From positions 6,200,001 to 6,264,000 of the forward strand of contig NC_088794.1 in assembly GCF_011386835.1 (NCBI RefSeq): 64,000 nucleotides of DNA, read 5' to 3'. The notes beneath the pieces were generated by a model that saw only the letters and a program-made list of their open reading frames with translations, was not told the DNA's origin and did no database searches. How positions within the stretch are numbered: the stretch's first letter is position 1; the number at the start of each line of letters is the position of its first letter. The stretch is from Chrysemys picta bellii. Lineage: Eukaryota. Made by a program: the position numbers and the translations under genes. Positions 23,014-36,977 of this stretch are shown here, piece by piece.

Positions 23014-24357
23014 CCCCATGGAGAAAGCTCTGTCCAGTGGAGTATATTGTTGTGGTTGAGGTTTTTATTATTATGATGATTATTATGATCTGGTTTACAC
23101 AGGTTTTACATAGCTGGAACTCCAGGGGATTTCAATGCAGTTCCTCTTGATTTGCATCTGTTTATAGCTGTTTAAGAGAGACCTGAATCAAATCTGACTT
23201 CAGATTTCAGTTTTCAGTGTAACGGCCTCGACACCCGCCTGTCACGAGCACCCCCTCTCTGGCCGATAAGTGCCTACAGTCACTCCGTTTGGAATGGGGC
23301 AGCACCCACTGGTTCAGATTCTCTCTTTAGAAGGAATTTGGTCTGCAGAAGCATTTGGATTCACCGGTCTTTTTATGAAATACTGGATAAACACATAGAA
23401 ATTGCCAGATTGGATCAGACCTGAGCTCCATCTAGTGCAGTATCATGTCTCTGATAGTGGCTAGTATCAGAGGTTTCAAAAGAAGGTTTAATAGCCTTCA
23501 ATAGGCAGATGTGGACTAATCAGCCCTTCCCCACATCCTGCCAGGATCTCTAATAATTAGAGATTGGTTTAAGCCCTGAAGTGTGATGTTTAGTATCCCT
23601 TAAGCAACCGCATCCACACACTATGCCATATAAAGCTGTCAGATCCCTCCAGTTTCTTTGCAGTTCTGCTTTAACAGCTCTCCTAGGATCTACAGACATT
23701 TCCCAACTTCTCAGCTCACCCAGAATAAGAGCTCAGACCAGCAAGGTACTGAGCTCGCTAACCCCAATCCAAGGAAACATAAGCACATGCTTAACATGCT
23801 TTAGACTGTAAGAAGCCCCATTGAAATCAAGGACTCTGGGGCTCTGGTCTCAGTTTGCACCTCCAGTCGCTACTGTAAAACTAATAACATTGAGCTACGG
23901 GCAAATTTCAACCACAAGCCAGGCTCCTTCTAGGATCCTTTGATTTTATATGTATGACCCAACAGGGCTCTCCTCAGGAATGGAGAGATTGAAGTGGTCT
24001 GAGGTATCACAGCCTAAACCCTAGGCCCACTACCTTTCAGACCCATGACGCCCAGTCAAACATTTCCCCTCTTTTCCATGCAATTTGCTCCCTTTTGCCT
24101 GCAGCTGCTGCCACTCCCTTTCTGCCCTCACCCAAACACCGTGGAGTTTTCATCTCACTCCCCTGCCCCCAACACAGCTCAGACCCAGGGCAGGGGGAAA
24201 AGCAATTCTAAAGGCTGGGGAGCCTGCTGCGTGGCCTACAGAAGCAGCAGTGTCCTAGAGCTGAGAACTGTGCAGGCAGAGGAAGGGGGCAAAAAACAGA
24301 GCCATACCCAGCTACTAGCACCAGCCATCTTAACAAAAAGCATCACTTAACCCATGA

Positions 24358-24935
24358 CAGAATCATAGGACTGGAAGGGACCTCGAGATGTCATCAAGTG
24401 CAGGCCCCTGCACTCATGGCAGGACCAAGTACCATCAAGAACATCCCTGACAGGTGTTTCTCTAACCTGCTCTGAACAATCTCCAATGATGGAGATTCCA
24501 CAACCTCCCCAGGCAATTTATTCCAGTGCCTAACCACCCTGACGATTAGGATTTTTTTCCTAATGTCCAACCTAAACCTCCCTTGCTGCAATTTAAGCCC
24601 ATTGCTTCTTGTCCTATCATCAGAGGTTAAGGAGAATAATTTTTCTCCCTCCTCCTTGTAACAACCTGTTAGGTATTTGAAAACTGTTATGTCTCCTCTC
24701 AGTCTTTTCTTTTCCACACTAAACAAACCTAATTCTTTCAATCTTCCCTCATAGGTCATGTTTTCTAGACCTTTAATCATTTTTGTTGCTCTTCTCTGGA
24801 CTCTCTCCAATTTGTTCCCATGTTTCCTGAAATGTGGCACCCAGAACTGGACACAATACTGCAGTTGAGGCCTTATTGCAGCTGTGTAGAGTGGAAGAAT
24901 TACTTCTCCTGTCTTGCTTACAACACTCCTGCTAA
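24358..24935 (-). mobile_element. CR1 LINE 3' fragment in spacer
   Basis: ORF 24394-24840 [33 protein letters not shown]...RFRLDIRK. Confidence 0.93.
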
Positions 24936-27851
24936 TGGTGGATTGTCTGTCACTTGAAGTCTTTCCAACTGGATATCTAGCTAAAAGATGTGTGAGAGCT
25001 AAAAAAAATAATAATTATGGGCTTGATACATAAATTATTGGGCAAGGTTTTGTTATGCAGGAGGTCAGATTAGATGATCACATTGACCTCTTCTGGCCTT
25101 AAACTGTATGAAAAATCAGTTTGACCCAATCAGGGGCAGTAAATTGTAAGGCATTATTAGGCACTAATTGTAAGGGTAGGGTGATTGCTTGGCATCTACA
25201 CAGAACAAAGTTACAGTTGTTTGTTTGCTGTAACTGCGCTTTTTCCATAGTTTAACATGTCTGGATTTCTTTTAAGCCTAACTTTGACACTGAATTCACT
25301 GAGTGCTCCCTACGGAAAGAAAGACTGAGCCATTCATTTTCAGTTTCACTGCTCTTGAGAGTTCTTCCTGTGGCTTAGCAAAACAGCGAGAGCTTTCCGT
25401 AAAACTAAGCAAAGGCAAATAAACAAATCTACGTAGCATGTTAGGGCACCAAGGAGGGCATTGTAATGAGCCCCTCTGTGCCTGGCTTGAGACTGTAATT
25501 GGAGGTGTGACTTCAGAGACTTGATCTCTAAATGACACAGAAATGAATATATAAAGGTATTTGGTGCCCTAACATGATCCCTTAGGGATGAAGAGTGATT
25601 GAACTCTCTCTTCCACCAGTAGCTATGATACAATACTTCTTTCCTTCAGTGGAGGTGGGATAGCTATTTTCCTTCAGTTCTGATTCCTGGACATAACTTT
25701 CCATTTTCTCCATTTACTTGGAAATGTGCTGTTTTTGCAACATTTTTGCAACTTGAGACAGACATTGTTCATTTTTCTGTCTCAGGATAAATTACAGGGG
25801 CAATGGATATGGTTCATGGAAGACCCTGAAAGGTCCAGATGGATATTAGGTAAGAATCCGGTATTATACATAGAGATGAATATGAGTTACACACTTCAGA
25901 TCTGGAATCAGATTCAGATCCGACTTCTGCAACCTTTGAGGATTTTCAGATTCTGGGCTTTGGCTACAGCCAATTATAGAGATAAGTCAGGGCTGTCATT
26001 TATTGTTGTTGTGTTATCAATTAGAGGTCAATGCCCCACTGTACTAGGTTCTCTGGAAACACATAGTAAGGGAGAGTTCCCGCCCTCAAGAGCTTACAGT
26101 CTATTAAACAAGACCGAAGAGGGTGGGCGAAAGGAAGGATTATTACCCAATTTTTACAAAGAGGGAATTGAGGCAAAGAGGAAATCTTTGCTGTGTCCAG
26201 AATCACACAGGAAGCCAGTAGCAGAGCCAGGAATTAATGGCCGATCTCAGAATTGTGCCCCTAGTGCTAGTCTGACCATTATCCAGTGTTGTGTATGCGT
26301 GTGAGTGCAGGAGGGGGGAAGACGGACACTGGGATCCGGTGGGTTCTGGTGTGGCTGATCTCTAATCATAAGGGGGAAATAACAATAATTATTTGCACTG
26401 CGGCAGCCCCAGTCATGCCAGTGTTTGTTTGAAAAATGTAACCAATGGGTAGCATTGGAAGGGCGGAGGTGGTAGATTATAAATTCTGTCTTCAGAGCAG
26501 GGTTAGAATAGTTTAAATAAGACCTGGTATAGCAGATCCCTCTTGGCACCTGCTGGGCTGACAGAGTCACTCAGAAACCCTGAGGTTCAGTAACCACTGG
26601 TGTCATTTACTTACAGGTTCTGTTCCCATCACCTTTTTGCCATACACAGCTTGGGTTCTCATGACTACACCTAGGAACACTCCACTATCTCTACTACCCC
26701 TCCCTTAGCCTCCCCCACTTTTGGCTTCCTTCCTCCCAGCCTTTTCTATAGCCCCAGGCTAATTGCGTGGGTAACTGTCTCCCATTCACCAATTAGGTGC
26801 AGGTTTTTCTAGCCAGCTCCAATTTGCTTCCCTTAATGGGAGCTGGCGTGACAGGGGGCTGAGTGACCAGCTCTTGCCCCGCCCCTGTCACACCTGGGCC
26901 CACACATTGAGTCATGAGGCTAAAACAAAATCCTGAACAGCTGCTCACAAAGTGGGCCCTGTCCATTCTCTGCACTCAAACTGGCTGGGAGCTTTTTAAT
27001 AAAATGGATTTTCCCCCAAAAATATGGATTTGCCAAATCGAAATGTTTTAGTTGGAATGTCTCAGTTTTGATTAAACATTTCTCAGGTTCAGGGTGGAAT
27101 TTCTGGTTAAACTCCAGAGCCATAGAGAGAGCGACCCCAAAATAGCCAAATCCCAGCTATCAGGGCACTCACCTGGGATGTGGGAGACCCCTAGTCAAGT
27201 CCCTTCTCTGCCTAATTAAGAGCAGGGAAATAGATTTATATTGCCAATCTGACAGGTGAGTGCCCTAATGTCTGCCCTATTTTCTATTCTATGGCGCATC
27301 TCAGTCTCTCAATCTCTCCTGTTGGAGCTGTTCCACTTTGTATGAATAATAAAGGATTCATTGGGACAGAGAGAGAGAAAGTCTATCTCGATAGCCGAGT
27401 GGTTGTAAGCCTGATCTGGGACGTGAGACCCAGGTCCAAGTGCCTGATTTGGAACGGGGTCTTGAATCTGAGTCTCCCTCATGTGCCAGTATGAACCACA
27501 TGGGGGAACAAAACAAACAAAAAAATAGAAGCCAAGCAGCTGACTCTAATGATCTACTCCTTCTGGTGGCTGTTGTGAGTAGAAGGAGTCTGGGGACTAT
27601 ATAAGCCAGACCTAACTCAGTCCAGAAGAGTTAGGAGTAGAGGCAACGCCTAAGTAGACTGATGGAGTGCTAAGGAGGGGAAAATAAAGCAGCTCTCAAA
27701 AGGGGAAGAAGGAGTTGTGATCACCTGAGAGGGGAATATTGAGTTTGGGGAGTGTTGGGCATGGCCTCAGGACCAGCGTCCACAAGACTGCGTGGGTTTG
27801 CCTAGAGGGAAGAGCGCTATGGGGAAAGGTGCTACAGATGATGGACACAGC

Positions 27852-28150
27852 ATCATAGAAGATTGGGGTTGGAAGAGACCTCAGGAGATCAGCGAGTCCA
27901 TCCCCCCTGCTTGAACCCCAACTAAATCATCCCAGCCAGGGCTTTGTCAAGCCAGGCCGTAAAACCCTCTAAGGATGGGGATTCCACCACCCCCTGAGGT
28001 AACCCATTCCTGTGCTTCACCACCCTCCTAGTGAAATAATGTTTCCTAATATCCAACCTAGACCTCCCCCACTGCAACTTGAGACCATTGCCCCTTGTTC
28101 TGTCATCTGCTGCTACTACTGAAAACAGCCAAGCTCCATCCTCTTTGGAC
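27852..28150 (-). mobile_element. CR1 LINE 3' fragment in spacer
   Basis: [30 protein letters not shown]...LDKALAGM. Confidence 0.9.
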
Positions 28151-29373
28151 TTGGATGATGACAAACTGATGCACCCCTTTCTATAAATGTTACTACATTC
28201 TCCCCAGCATCCTTTCTCCCCCAACCTTTTCTGTGGTGGTCAAGTCATCCTGACCCACCAGGCAATTGCTTGGTGGCATTTTGAGTGGTGGTATCTGGGG
28301 CTTAGTTGGAGGGCTAAGTCACATTAGTGACGGTCAGCTGGTCTCCCTGGAGCTGTTGAAAATCCACCAGTTCATCCCTTATCCTAGATGAGTACCGTAA
28401 CCACTGGGCTACTGGCTTCGTGGGTTGGGCTTCTCTATCTCTCATTTTCTGTGAAGTTTTTCCAGAAGACCAGGTTTCATCCCAATATAGAATGGGAAAA
28501 TATTTTGAAATCTTGAAAATGTTCAGGGGATGGGAAATCCTTTTCCTACCCATGTCTACTCTGTACCCACTGGCATAGGGATTGAGGAATACCCAAGCTG
28601 AAATCACACCTTGGAATGGTGCATAGATAGACCCAATCAGAAAAAAACCCAATTTTTAGAACCTGTTACGGTCCTTATGTTAGCTATCACTTATGGTCAC
28701 CTAAATGTATTATTGCCCTTTGATGCCAGTGACTCTATAAAGTTGAGCAGATCTTTCCATTTAAGATCTAGCCTTCGGGAAGAAAAAAGACATTCAGTGA
28801 CATGAATGTCTCTACAGGTACATACTATCCCTGCAACACCTTTCTGCTGGGGATTCCCAGCGTGGGACACAGATCCTTTGTAGGACCCTTTCTCTGAGCT
28901 TCAGTGGTGCCAAGTGCCATCGACTCCCACTGACATTGTTGGAAGCCGGAAGAGAAAACCAGTGTAAATGAAAACATCCTACACCATTCGTTATTGTCTA
29001 TACATTTACAAGAGATGATTTCCCTCCTTTCCAAACTAATTTAACTTAACAACAGAGATGGTGTATGGGAGAGACAGGGATGGCAAAGGCCTGTGCCCGA
29101 AGGGACATTTCTGGCATGGGAAGGATTCAGATTTGGACAGTCTCTCATATTGTGACGGAATCTCTGCACGTATTTAATTGAATGCAAAACAGTGCACAGT
29201 GTGCTGTGTTTCTGTGCAGAGACCGTGCACTAGCTCCAGGGGGAAGTGTGTGTATAACCCATAGTACATTCCCCAAGACACACTATTTCACGGGAGCAGT
29301 CAGAGTTATTACAAGGAATCCACATGTGGTCCCTTTTTGGCTTCTGTTTATTTGCAAATTTTGCTTTCCCCCC

Positions 29374-31001
29374 TTCATACCAATGTGACAGAGTTGATTT
29401 TCCTGGGATTCATGGACCACCCAGAGCTGCAGGTCCCACTCTTCATGTTGTTCCTACTGAGCTATGTTATCATCCTGGTAGGGAATCTTGGGATGATTGT
29501 TTTCATCAGGATTGACTCCCATCTTCACACCCCTATGTGCTTCTTCCTCTGTAATCTGTCCATTGTAGATGTTGGTTATTCCTCTGTCACTGCACCTAGG
29601 ATGCACATGACTTCTGTAGCAGAGAGTAATAGAATCATTTCATTCACTGAGTGCACTCTGCAATTTTTCTTTGTCTGTGTCTTTGTGACCAGTGAATGAT
29701 GCCTCCTGGCCACCATGGCCTCTGACCGCTTCACAGTCATCTGTAACCCACTGCTCTAGAGGGTCATCGTGTCCAGGACACTCTGTGTGCTGCAGGTAGT
29801 TGTGTCTTTGTCAACTGCCCAAACAATTTGTATATTCAGCTTGTCTTTCTGTCCCCCGAGTGTCAGCAATCATTTCTTCTGTCACATCCCTCCCCATCCT
29901 GAAGCTGTCCTGCTCTGACATACACAACACAGATGTTATTCATTTCACCTTGTCAACTATATTTGTCATGATTATTATCCTAGTTGTTCTAGTCTCTTAT
30001 ACATACATCCTCGTCGCCATCTGTGGTCAGATGTTGGCTGGGTGTGTGTTCGTTCAGTGTGCTGTCCCAGCTCTGTGCAGATAGCAGAGATAGCAGACCT
30101 CAATTAAACAGCCCAACAAATCCACAGATTCGATTTTCAGCAAAAGCACCCGGCCAGGTTTACTGTCAACAAAGCCCGGTAATAGCGCCTGGCTGGAGAG
30201 TAAGACATGTATGCTCGTGACAATGGACACAGCTCAGTCAGTGGCAGGACTTTCCACTGCTCCCTAGGATGGCCAAAGACACTCCCTCTGAGATACAACT
30301 TTATACACCAATACAAACAAGTTACATATTGCCCCTGATGTATCAGAGTGACACCCTCCGACGTATTAGGGTGCCACCTGTTGATGGATCCAAGGGCTGC
30401 CCATTACCTTGTACATGTTGGTTTGCTAAAACATCTCTATCCATCATGCTGTCATCCTGACCTTATCCTTAAGATGGGTCAGCGTGCTCCTGTTATCTCT
30501 GAGGATTGTGTTTGGTATCAAGGTGTTCTGGTACCATCTTTCTGGAATGTGTTGGTGTATATATTTCTGTGCCTAGCACTACTTAAGCATGTTTGTTTCT
30601 GCAATGTCAGCCCTGTTCTTGCCAGATTCTGTGAACGGGGCCTGCCTCTTGCTCACAGCTTGGCTTTGCTTTATAGCTGCAAAGTTTTGACTACTTTAGC
30701 TCAGGCCTCACACCAGGCCTCTGATACACGGCCTTATGTTTCAGGCCGTCTTCTTACTACATCATCCTGAAGATCCACTCTGTTAAGGGAGACTCAAACC
30801 CTTCTGTACCTGTGCCTCTCACCTGACAGCTGTCACTACCTTCTACGATACTCTGATTTTATGTATTTACGACCCAGGTCTGGCTACACCTTGGACCAAG
30901 ACAACATCATCTCCGTGTTCCCTCTGATCTACAGCCTGAGAAACAAGGAGGTGAAGGATGCCGTTAGAAGGATGATATACAGGAAGATATTTTCTCAATA
31001 A
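29374..31001 (+). pseudogene. OR5-like olfactory receptor pseudogene interrupted by a solo LTR
   Basis: [12 protein letters not shown]...[13 protein letters not shown]..., in-frame TGA at 29697, further stop and frameshifts, no start Met seen. Resumes after 30761 with ILKIHS...CTCASHL...[12 protein letters not shown], ending TAA at 30999-31001. Confidence 0.93.
30022..30761. mobile_element. 740-bp solo LTR inserted in OR pseudogene
   Basis: TG...CA termini, 5-bp TSD ccatc/tcatc; removing it restores the OR reading gccatcctgaagatc. Confidence 0.85.
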
Positions 31002-31154
31002 ATGTAATTATTGATTTTTTTAAAAAATCAATAAACAGCTGTGAGAAAGGGGCAAGTTCTCTGTGTCACCATCGTGATTTCTCTGATTGCACCATTTCTT
31101 TGATTTGAAAAAAAATGATTGTGCATAACGTAGGCTCGTTAATATTGGCAATCC

Positions 31155-31410
31155 TAATAGGAACATAGGACAGGAAGTGACACCTCCCCCTCTCTCCCCC
31201 CCGGTCATTGAGTCCAGTCTACTGCTGTTGCAGGCAGCAACATGATAAAATCCCATTCATAAACTTATTCAGCTCCACTTCAAATCTAGTTAGGTTGTAT
31301 AACTCCACTAGCTGTAGAGGGAGGTTGTTCCTGAATGTCACTCCTCTGATGGTTAGAAACCTTCTTCCACTTTCCAGACTAACTTTATTCATGGCCATTT
31401 TATACCCATA
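31155..31410 (-). mobile_element. Old CR1-type 3' fragment
   Basis: GRRFLTIRGVTFRNNLPLQLVELYNLTRFEVELNKFM matches the CR1 terminal ORF2 pattern. Confidence 0.7.
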
Positions 31411-32785
31411 AATAAGAAACAGGCCAGGGCTAGCTGACCCTGGTTTCAATCCACCGACCACTGGGTTATTATGGGAGTCGCACACTTCCAGCATTCTACT
31501 GAGAGGGTGTCTGCAGTTTGTTGTAATCAGTAAGGCCAGACCTCAAGAGATTCTGTTTGTCAATCACAGGCCTCTTCTACTTGATTTAAAGGTGAATTGC
31601 AGTTACCATTAATGCTTTGGGTTGGATGCCCTCTGTAGGTAAAAGGATGCTGAAATCATACAAATACCTGAGCTGTTCTGAAATTGCATCTCAATAGAGG
31701 ACGCAGTTAAATATACAGGCCCATACATTTTATATTCTCTCTCGTTAGACTGTGCTCAACTCCCAGTGTGCTAAGATCACAGAATCTCAATTCCAGCACT
31801 ACCGTTACAGAATTTTAAGGAGGCCAGGACTGCAGAGAACAGCACATCTCAATCATGTGGGATCAGAGAGAGAACTCAGGGGTTGGTATGTGGAAAATAT
31901 TTCCATAAAACTCATAGATCATGTGAAATTCACTCTGATTCCAGTGCAGACTCAGATATGGACCTATAAAAAGTCAGGGAGGGTAATGGACAAAGTTGAC
32001 AATGCAGATGATTCTTAGGGAGAACTGATTAAACAACGTCAGAATAACCACTGCATGGGCCGCTGACAAAATGCCAAGAAGGAAACAGACCATTGCCTAA
32101 TATACCATTGTTTTCATTCTCCAATTGGTGGAGACTGAATTGTCTATAGAAGGTAGATCAAGAACATCTCTTCTCCGGTCTCATAACACAAGAACAGGAG
32201 AAAAATCAATCAAATTAAAAGTTAGAAAATTCAAAATCAAGACAAGGAAGTCAATTTTCACAAAATGTACGATTATTCTAGGGAACTCATTGCCACAAGA
32301 AGTAATTGTGATCAAGAATTTAGTGAGGTTCAAAAAGGGATAGGGTATTGATATGCACATGCAGAATATCAAGAGTTATAATTAAAGAAATTACTTTTGG
32401 GAGAGAGATTAAATCTCATGCTTGAAGGTTTAAACTAATCTCTAACTATTGGAGATTAGGAGGAGACCTAATGTTGGGGGCAGATTCTCCCACATCTGCC
32501 TTCTGTGAGGCTCTAACACTTTCCTTAGAAGCATCTGGTATAAGGCACTGTCATAGACAGGCTATTAGACTAGATAGACCTTGTGTCTGATCCTGTCTGG
32601 CAATCCCTATGTTTCTGAGACGGAGGGGAACCGGTAACTTCTACAGGTTAGTTCAGTCTTGGAACAAGAGTCTGCCCCAGAGCTTCCCCACACTCTGCAG
32701 GGTTATGGCTAGCGTTAAGGTTGGGAAGCTGTTAACATAAGACAATTCACACTTGCCCCTGTGGATGCATAATTTGATGTGTATC

Positions 32786-32982
32786 TGTAACACTGACAGA
32801 CCTCGGTAGACAGGATCGAACCTAGGACCTTTGCAGCTTAGTGCATGAGCCTCTACCACATGAGCTAAAAGCCACATGGCTCTTAACTAAGGCCGTAGGG
32901 CACATTCATTAATCTCTCTCTAAGTGGTCTCAGTACCACCAGATGGGACAGAGCGCCACACCCAGGAGGTGTGTGGGTTACA
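32786..32982 (-). mobile_element. Right-arm copy of tRNA-containing solo LTR
   Basis: TGTAAC...GTTACA termini, TSD tatc on both sides. Confidence 0.75.
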
Positions 32983-33344
32983 TATCTACACCAGGTTACA
33001 AGTTAAGGACATGATCTGCCAACTGGTAAAACGAGCCAGACGGCTGCCCCAATAAGTGGCTTGTGCCCCTAAGTCATTTATGTGCTTTGGGAAATCCTGT
33101 GAGCGTAAGGGCCGGATCCTCTTCTTGTATAAATGTATGAAGCCACATTGACTTCAATGGAATGACACCAATTTTGACCAGTTATGGTTCTGGTCCAATG
33201 ACATCAGCAGAGCTCCACCTAGTTACTAAAGCTGGGGGTTAAACGCGCCAATGGAGCTAATGCTGATTTTCACCCGCTGGGGATCTGGCCCCGTGGATCG
33301 CACTAGAGTGATGCTAGCTTACACCACTGGGAGCGCCATTGATT

Positions 33345-33680
33345 TCAGTGAAGTGATGCTGATTTACACCCGCTGGAGATACAGCCACCTGGATGGACGT
33401 GGCACTCCATCGAGTTACGTTAGCTGGGGTTTCTGGCCCATTGACATCAGTGGAGTGATGCTGATTCACACCCGCTGGAGATACAGCCACATCGATGGAC
33501 GTGGCACTCCATCGAGTTACGTTAGCTGGGGTTTCTGGCCCATTGACATCAGTGAAGTGATGCTGATTCACACCCGCTGGAGATACAGCCACATCGATGG
33601 ACGTGGCACTCCATCGAGTTACGTTAGCTGGGGTTTCTGGCCCATTGACATCAGTGGAGTGATGCTGATTCACACTGGCC
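33345..33680. repeat. 102-bp tandem repeat, 3 units plus partial (right arm)
   Basis: agtgatgctgatt recurs at 33352, 33454, 33556 and 33658. Confidence 0.95.
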
Positions 33681-34891
33681 AATTGTGTTTCATGTAACCA
33701 TCAGTTTCGACACTGATTTATCTTAATGTTGCATAGACGTAAAACACTCTGAGGACTGCACTGTTTTTTCCAGATTAAATAGGGGATTCTGGTTATTTCC
33801 CTAACATCGTTTTTTGCCTTTTTAATGGCAGATTTTGATACCCTTACCCACACTTTTTCAGCAGGTAGCCCTGTGGAAGTCAATGAGACCAATCTCAGAG
33901 TAAGAGGCTAGTCAGTGTAAGGACATCAGAATCGAGCCTATCGTTTCGAGATGCCCTAACATATTGCTATGTATCGGATAAAGCCCCTTCTTGTCTGTCT
34001 TGTGTGCATTAAAATTCTTTTTTAGTTTATTTGGAACCTAAGTCTATCTTGCACTGAGTAGTACTTGATCTCACTGAGGCTACTGGTATGAGTAAGTACC
34101 AGTCAATGTGAGCAAGGATCATAGACTCACGCCCGCAGTGACCTGGTTTGATTTGTCATGACTTTGGACACAATGGGCCAAACGTAGCCCTGGCAGAAAA
34201 GAATGATGCCAGGGATGAATTTGGCCTGAAAGTGAAGATATTGAAAGGGGAAAAAAACGGAAAGAGAGTAAATGCTATTGTCCAGCACTGGTTATGCCGC
34301 TAATGTTCATGTTGACATAATTCCCCAAAGTTAGGAGAACTTTGTAGAAAGCATCCATTATTATGGATTATAATAAACTGCTGTGGGCCTCACTAAAACA
34401 TTGTTTTTTGAGCAATTCTGTCATTATCTAATTAGGCAAGAAAACGTATTGGGAATAGTTAGGAAAACAACATATGACTCATTACACAGATATAATGTCA
34501 ATATTAACACTTGCTCTACCAGAGTAATGAATAAGTAAACATATTTGTAGTTTAACTAGAGTTAAGAAATTAGCCGAGATAGTTTGTACGGGGGCACCTG
34601 CTCCCGGAGAACAGCTGTGTATAAAAAAATATCTGCCCCTTCTCATTAAAATCAATCTGAAAAAACGATACCAGCCCCCTTGTCATTCATTAAGGGCCTG
34701 AGCATTGACCATTGGACTGAATGGAGTCTTTCCATAGACTCCAGGGCATATTAGTTCAGTACCATAGATCCCAGTCCTGGGCATTCTTATGTGAGTGCTT
34801 CAATTTACGCATGTGAGTAATCCCTTTGACGTCAATTGGACTACTCGCATGAGTAAAATTAAGCACATGCACATGTGTTTGCAGGATTAGG

Positions 34892-35194
34892 GAACTTGAA
34901 AAGCACAAGCAAGGTTGTCAACACAAATGCTTCAAAGACAACCTAGAACAGAATCTCAACTCATGTAACATAAATATAGACAAGTTTGAAGACACAGCCA
35001 AGGAGAGACCTGAAAGGACAACAACTATCAAACAGTTTGAGAAAGACGCACAAGAAAAACTGATTGAAAAAATGGTCAAGCATCATGCCAAGTCTTCATC
35101 GGGAGCCTGCATATTTCTAAGTGACATCCATTTAGAATCTTGCTCCTCACAGATCGGGCTTTACAGCCACAAGGGAGCATACGAGATGCCATGA
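34892..35194 (+). mobile_element. RTE-clade LINE ORF2 C-terminal remnant (mirror copy)
   Basis: Same 100-codon open frame ending SQIGLYSHKGAYEMP*. Confidence 0.75.
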
Positions 35195-36444
35195 TGGCAT
35201 TGCTGGATACAATGGACGGCCATACAGTCTCTCCCCAGATGTGTTCAAAGATGATGTTCACAGAATTTTGGGTCAGAGAACGTTAAGACGTTTCAGCTAC
35301 ACCCACAAAGGCCCGTCAGGTCACTAATTGCCATTTGAGATGTATAAGTCCAACATTTAGGTGCTACTGAGGCTCAAAGGCACAAAAGGGCTGTTAGATT
35401 CCTAGTTCCCACAGATGCTCATTGGGAGCTGAGTGCTTAACTCACCTTTGTGCTTTGGGAATATCCCTCCTTTGGCTACGTCTACACTTCCGTGCACACC
35501 TGGATAGCTGACTGTGTACATGCTCCTGCATATTCCTCAGACCTGCGTGTAGTGTCCACATATACTGTGCTGGAGAGCGGTAAAACCCTGTGTAGACCAC
35601 ATACCTGCATCCACACTGCCACTTTTGTTCTGCCAGAGCAGCGCTACCACTTCAGAGGCAGTATCCCAGGGCTCTGTGCCTCACAGGAGACACTCTAGGA
35701 ACTGCCTTTCTGAGTGCAGTTGCCACGGCCCATCCCTTTTACGCATTTGCCCATGGCAGTAGCCACTCATCTCTCCCTCTGGCCACACTGGATAGAAGAC
35801 ATGGAAGGATGGTGGTTCTGCTCCAGCTCCTTGTTAGCAGGTTTTCTCTTCACCCTCTCACTCCCCCAGTTCTCGTTATGCAGACAGAAAGCTGACCAGA
35901 AGTCCAAAGTGCAGATAATGCAATGTTTATTGGGTTTAGTTTCCAGCAAACATGTCCCATAACTCTGAGGTCACAGAACCTTGTTTCCCAGTGTCCTGTT
36001 CCCCACCTCCTCCGTAGGTATAATGATACCTGCAATGCACGCCCACCATCCCACCCCTTACAACTTATGGTCACGCTCCGTTTCAGAGGGTCATGGGTCT
36101 GGGGGTCTTCATCCCACCCCTTTTGTGCCCCAGGGGAGGGGTAAGGAGTGAGGTTGTGCTACAGTCAGGGGCAGGCATTTCTCTGGCCTTTTAGTGTTTT
36201 ACATTCCCCCCAATCACCCTTTGCCCCTCCTGACTGGCTGTTTGACCTTGCCTTGAGATAGGACTTGAGGCAGTCTTCAAGGGTGTGCTCATATATTACA
36301 CTCCCACCATGCCCAGTAACACTTTTACTGCTCTTATCTGTTCCCATTATACTAACAAACCCATCTGGCTTAGGCAAAAGCAGCATACATGGTGTCTGTC
36401 TTTGTCCTTAGTAAGGGTCCCTTTATTCACACATATTAGTAAGA

Positions 36445-36498
<54 letters not shown>

Positions 36499-36769
36499 CA
36501 AAAAATCAAACAGGCAAACAAAACTTAAAATACTATCTCAGGCGAAATTACAAGCCAGTATCCTACATTGGCACTCGCACTCCTAACACTCCTTCTTGAG
36601 GGACGAGTGTTCATGAGGTGGGCAGGGCAATTGGCAAGATGCTGGGTGGAATCTGGACAGAACTTTCTGACATGACGAAGATGGCTGACCATGATGGGTG
36701 ACTGACAAGCTCCTCTGGCCCCATGGAACAGATATGGTGACTGCCAGTATTGCCCAGGTATGCCCATGG

Positions 36770-36977
36770 ATGGACTGCCACTTCTGGTCCAGGAGAACCA
36801 GCATGGTGTCGTGAGATTGCATGATTTTGGATAACTGGGATGACGAACGGTGGCTTCAGAACTTCAGAATGTGTGATGAGATCACCCCAACCCTCGAGTG
36901 CCACAAGCCTCGATTGAGGAAAGCCAGGCCAGTGCCAAAGCGAATGGTTACTGCCCTGGGGAAGCTGGCGATACCTG
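36770..36977 (+). mobile_element. PIF/Harbinger transposase remnant (mirror copy)
   Basis: WDDERWLQNFRM...VTALGKLAIPD. Confidence 0.75.

Noticed and set aside
24394-24840. CR1 ORF as an active retrotransposon gene
   Set aside because: Only the 3' ~0.6 kb is present; all CR1 copies in the window are 5'-truncated fragments.
25726-26304. 192-aa ORF in the spacer
   Set aside because: Runs across low-complexity agatcc/ggatct repeats and a MIR-type SINE; no protein family features.
33345-33680. Possible CRISPR-like array
   Set aside because: Units are contiguous near-identical repeats without unique spacers, in a eukaryotic context.
33251-33697. 148-aa ORF with 34-aa repeats as a repeat protein
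   Set aside because: Both strands are open because the 102-bp unit lacks stops; no coding evidence; motifs derive from dispersed repeats.
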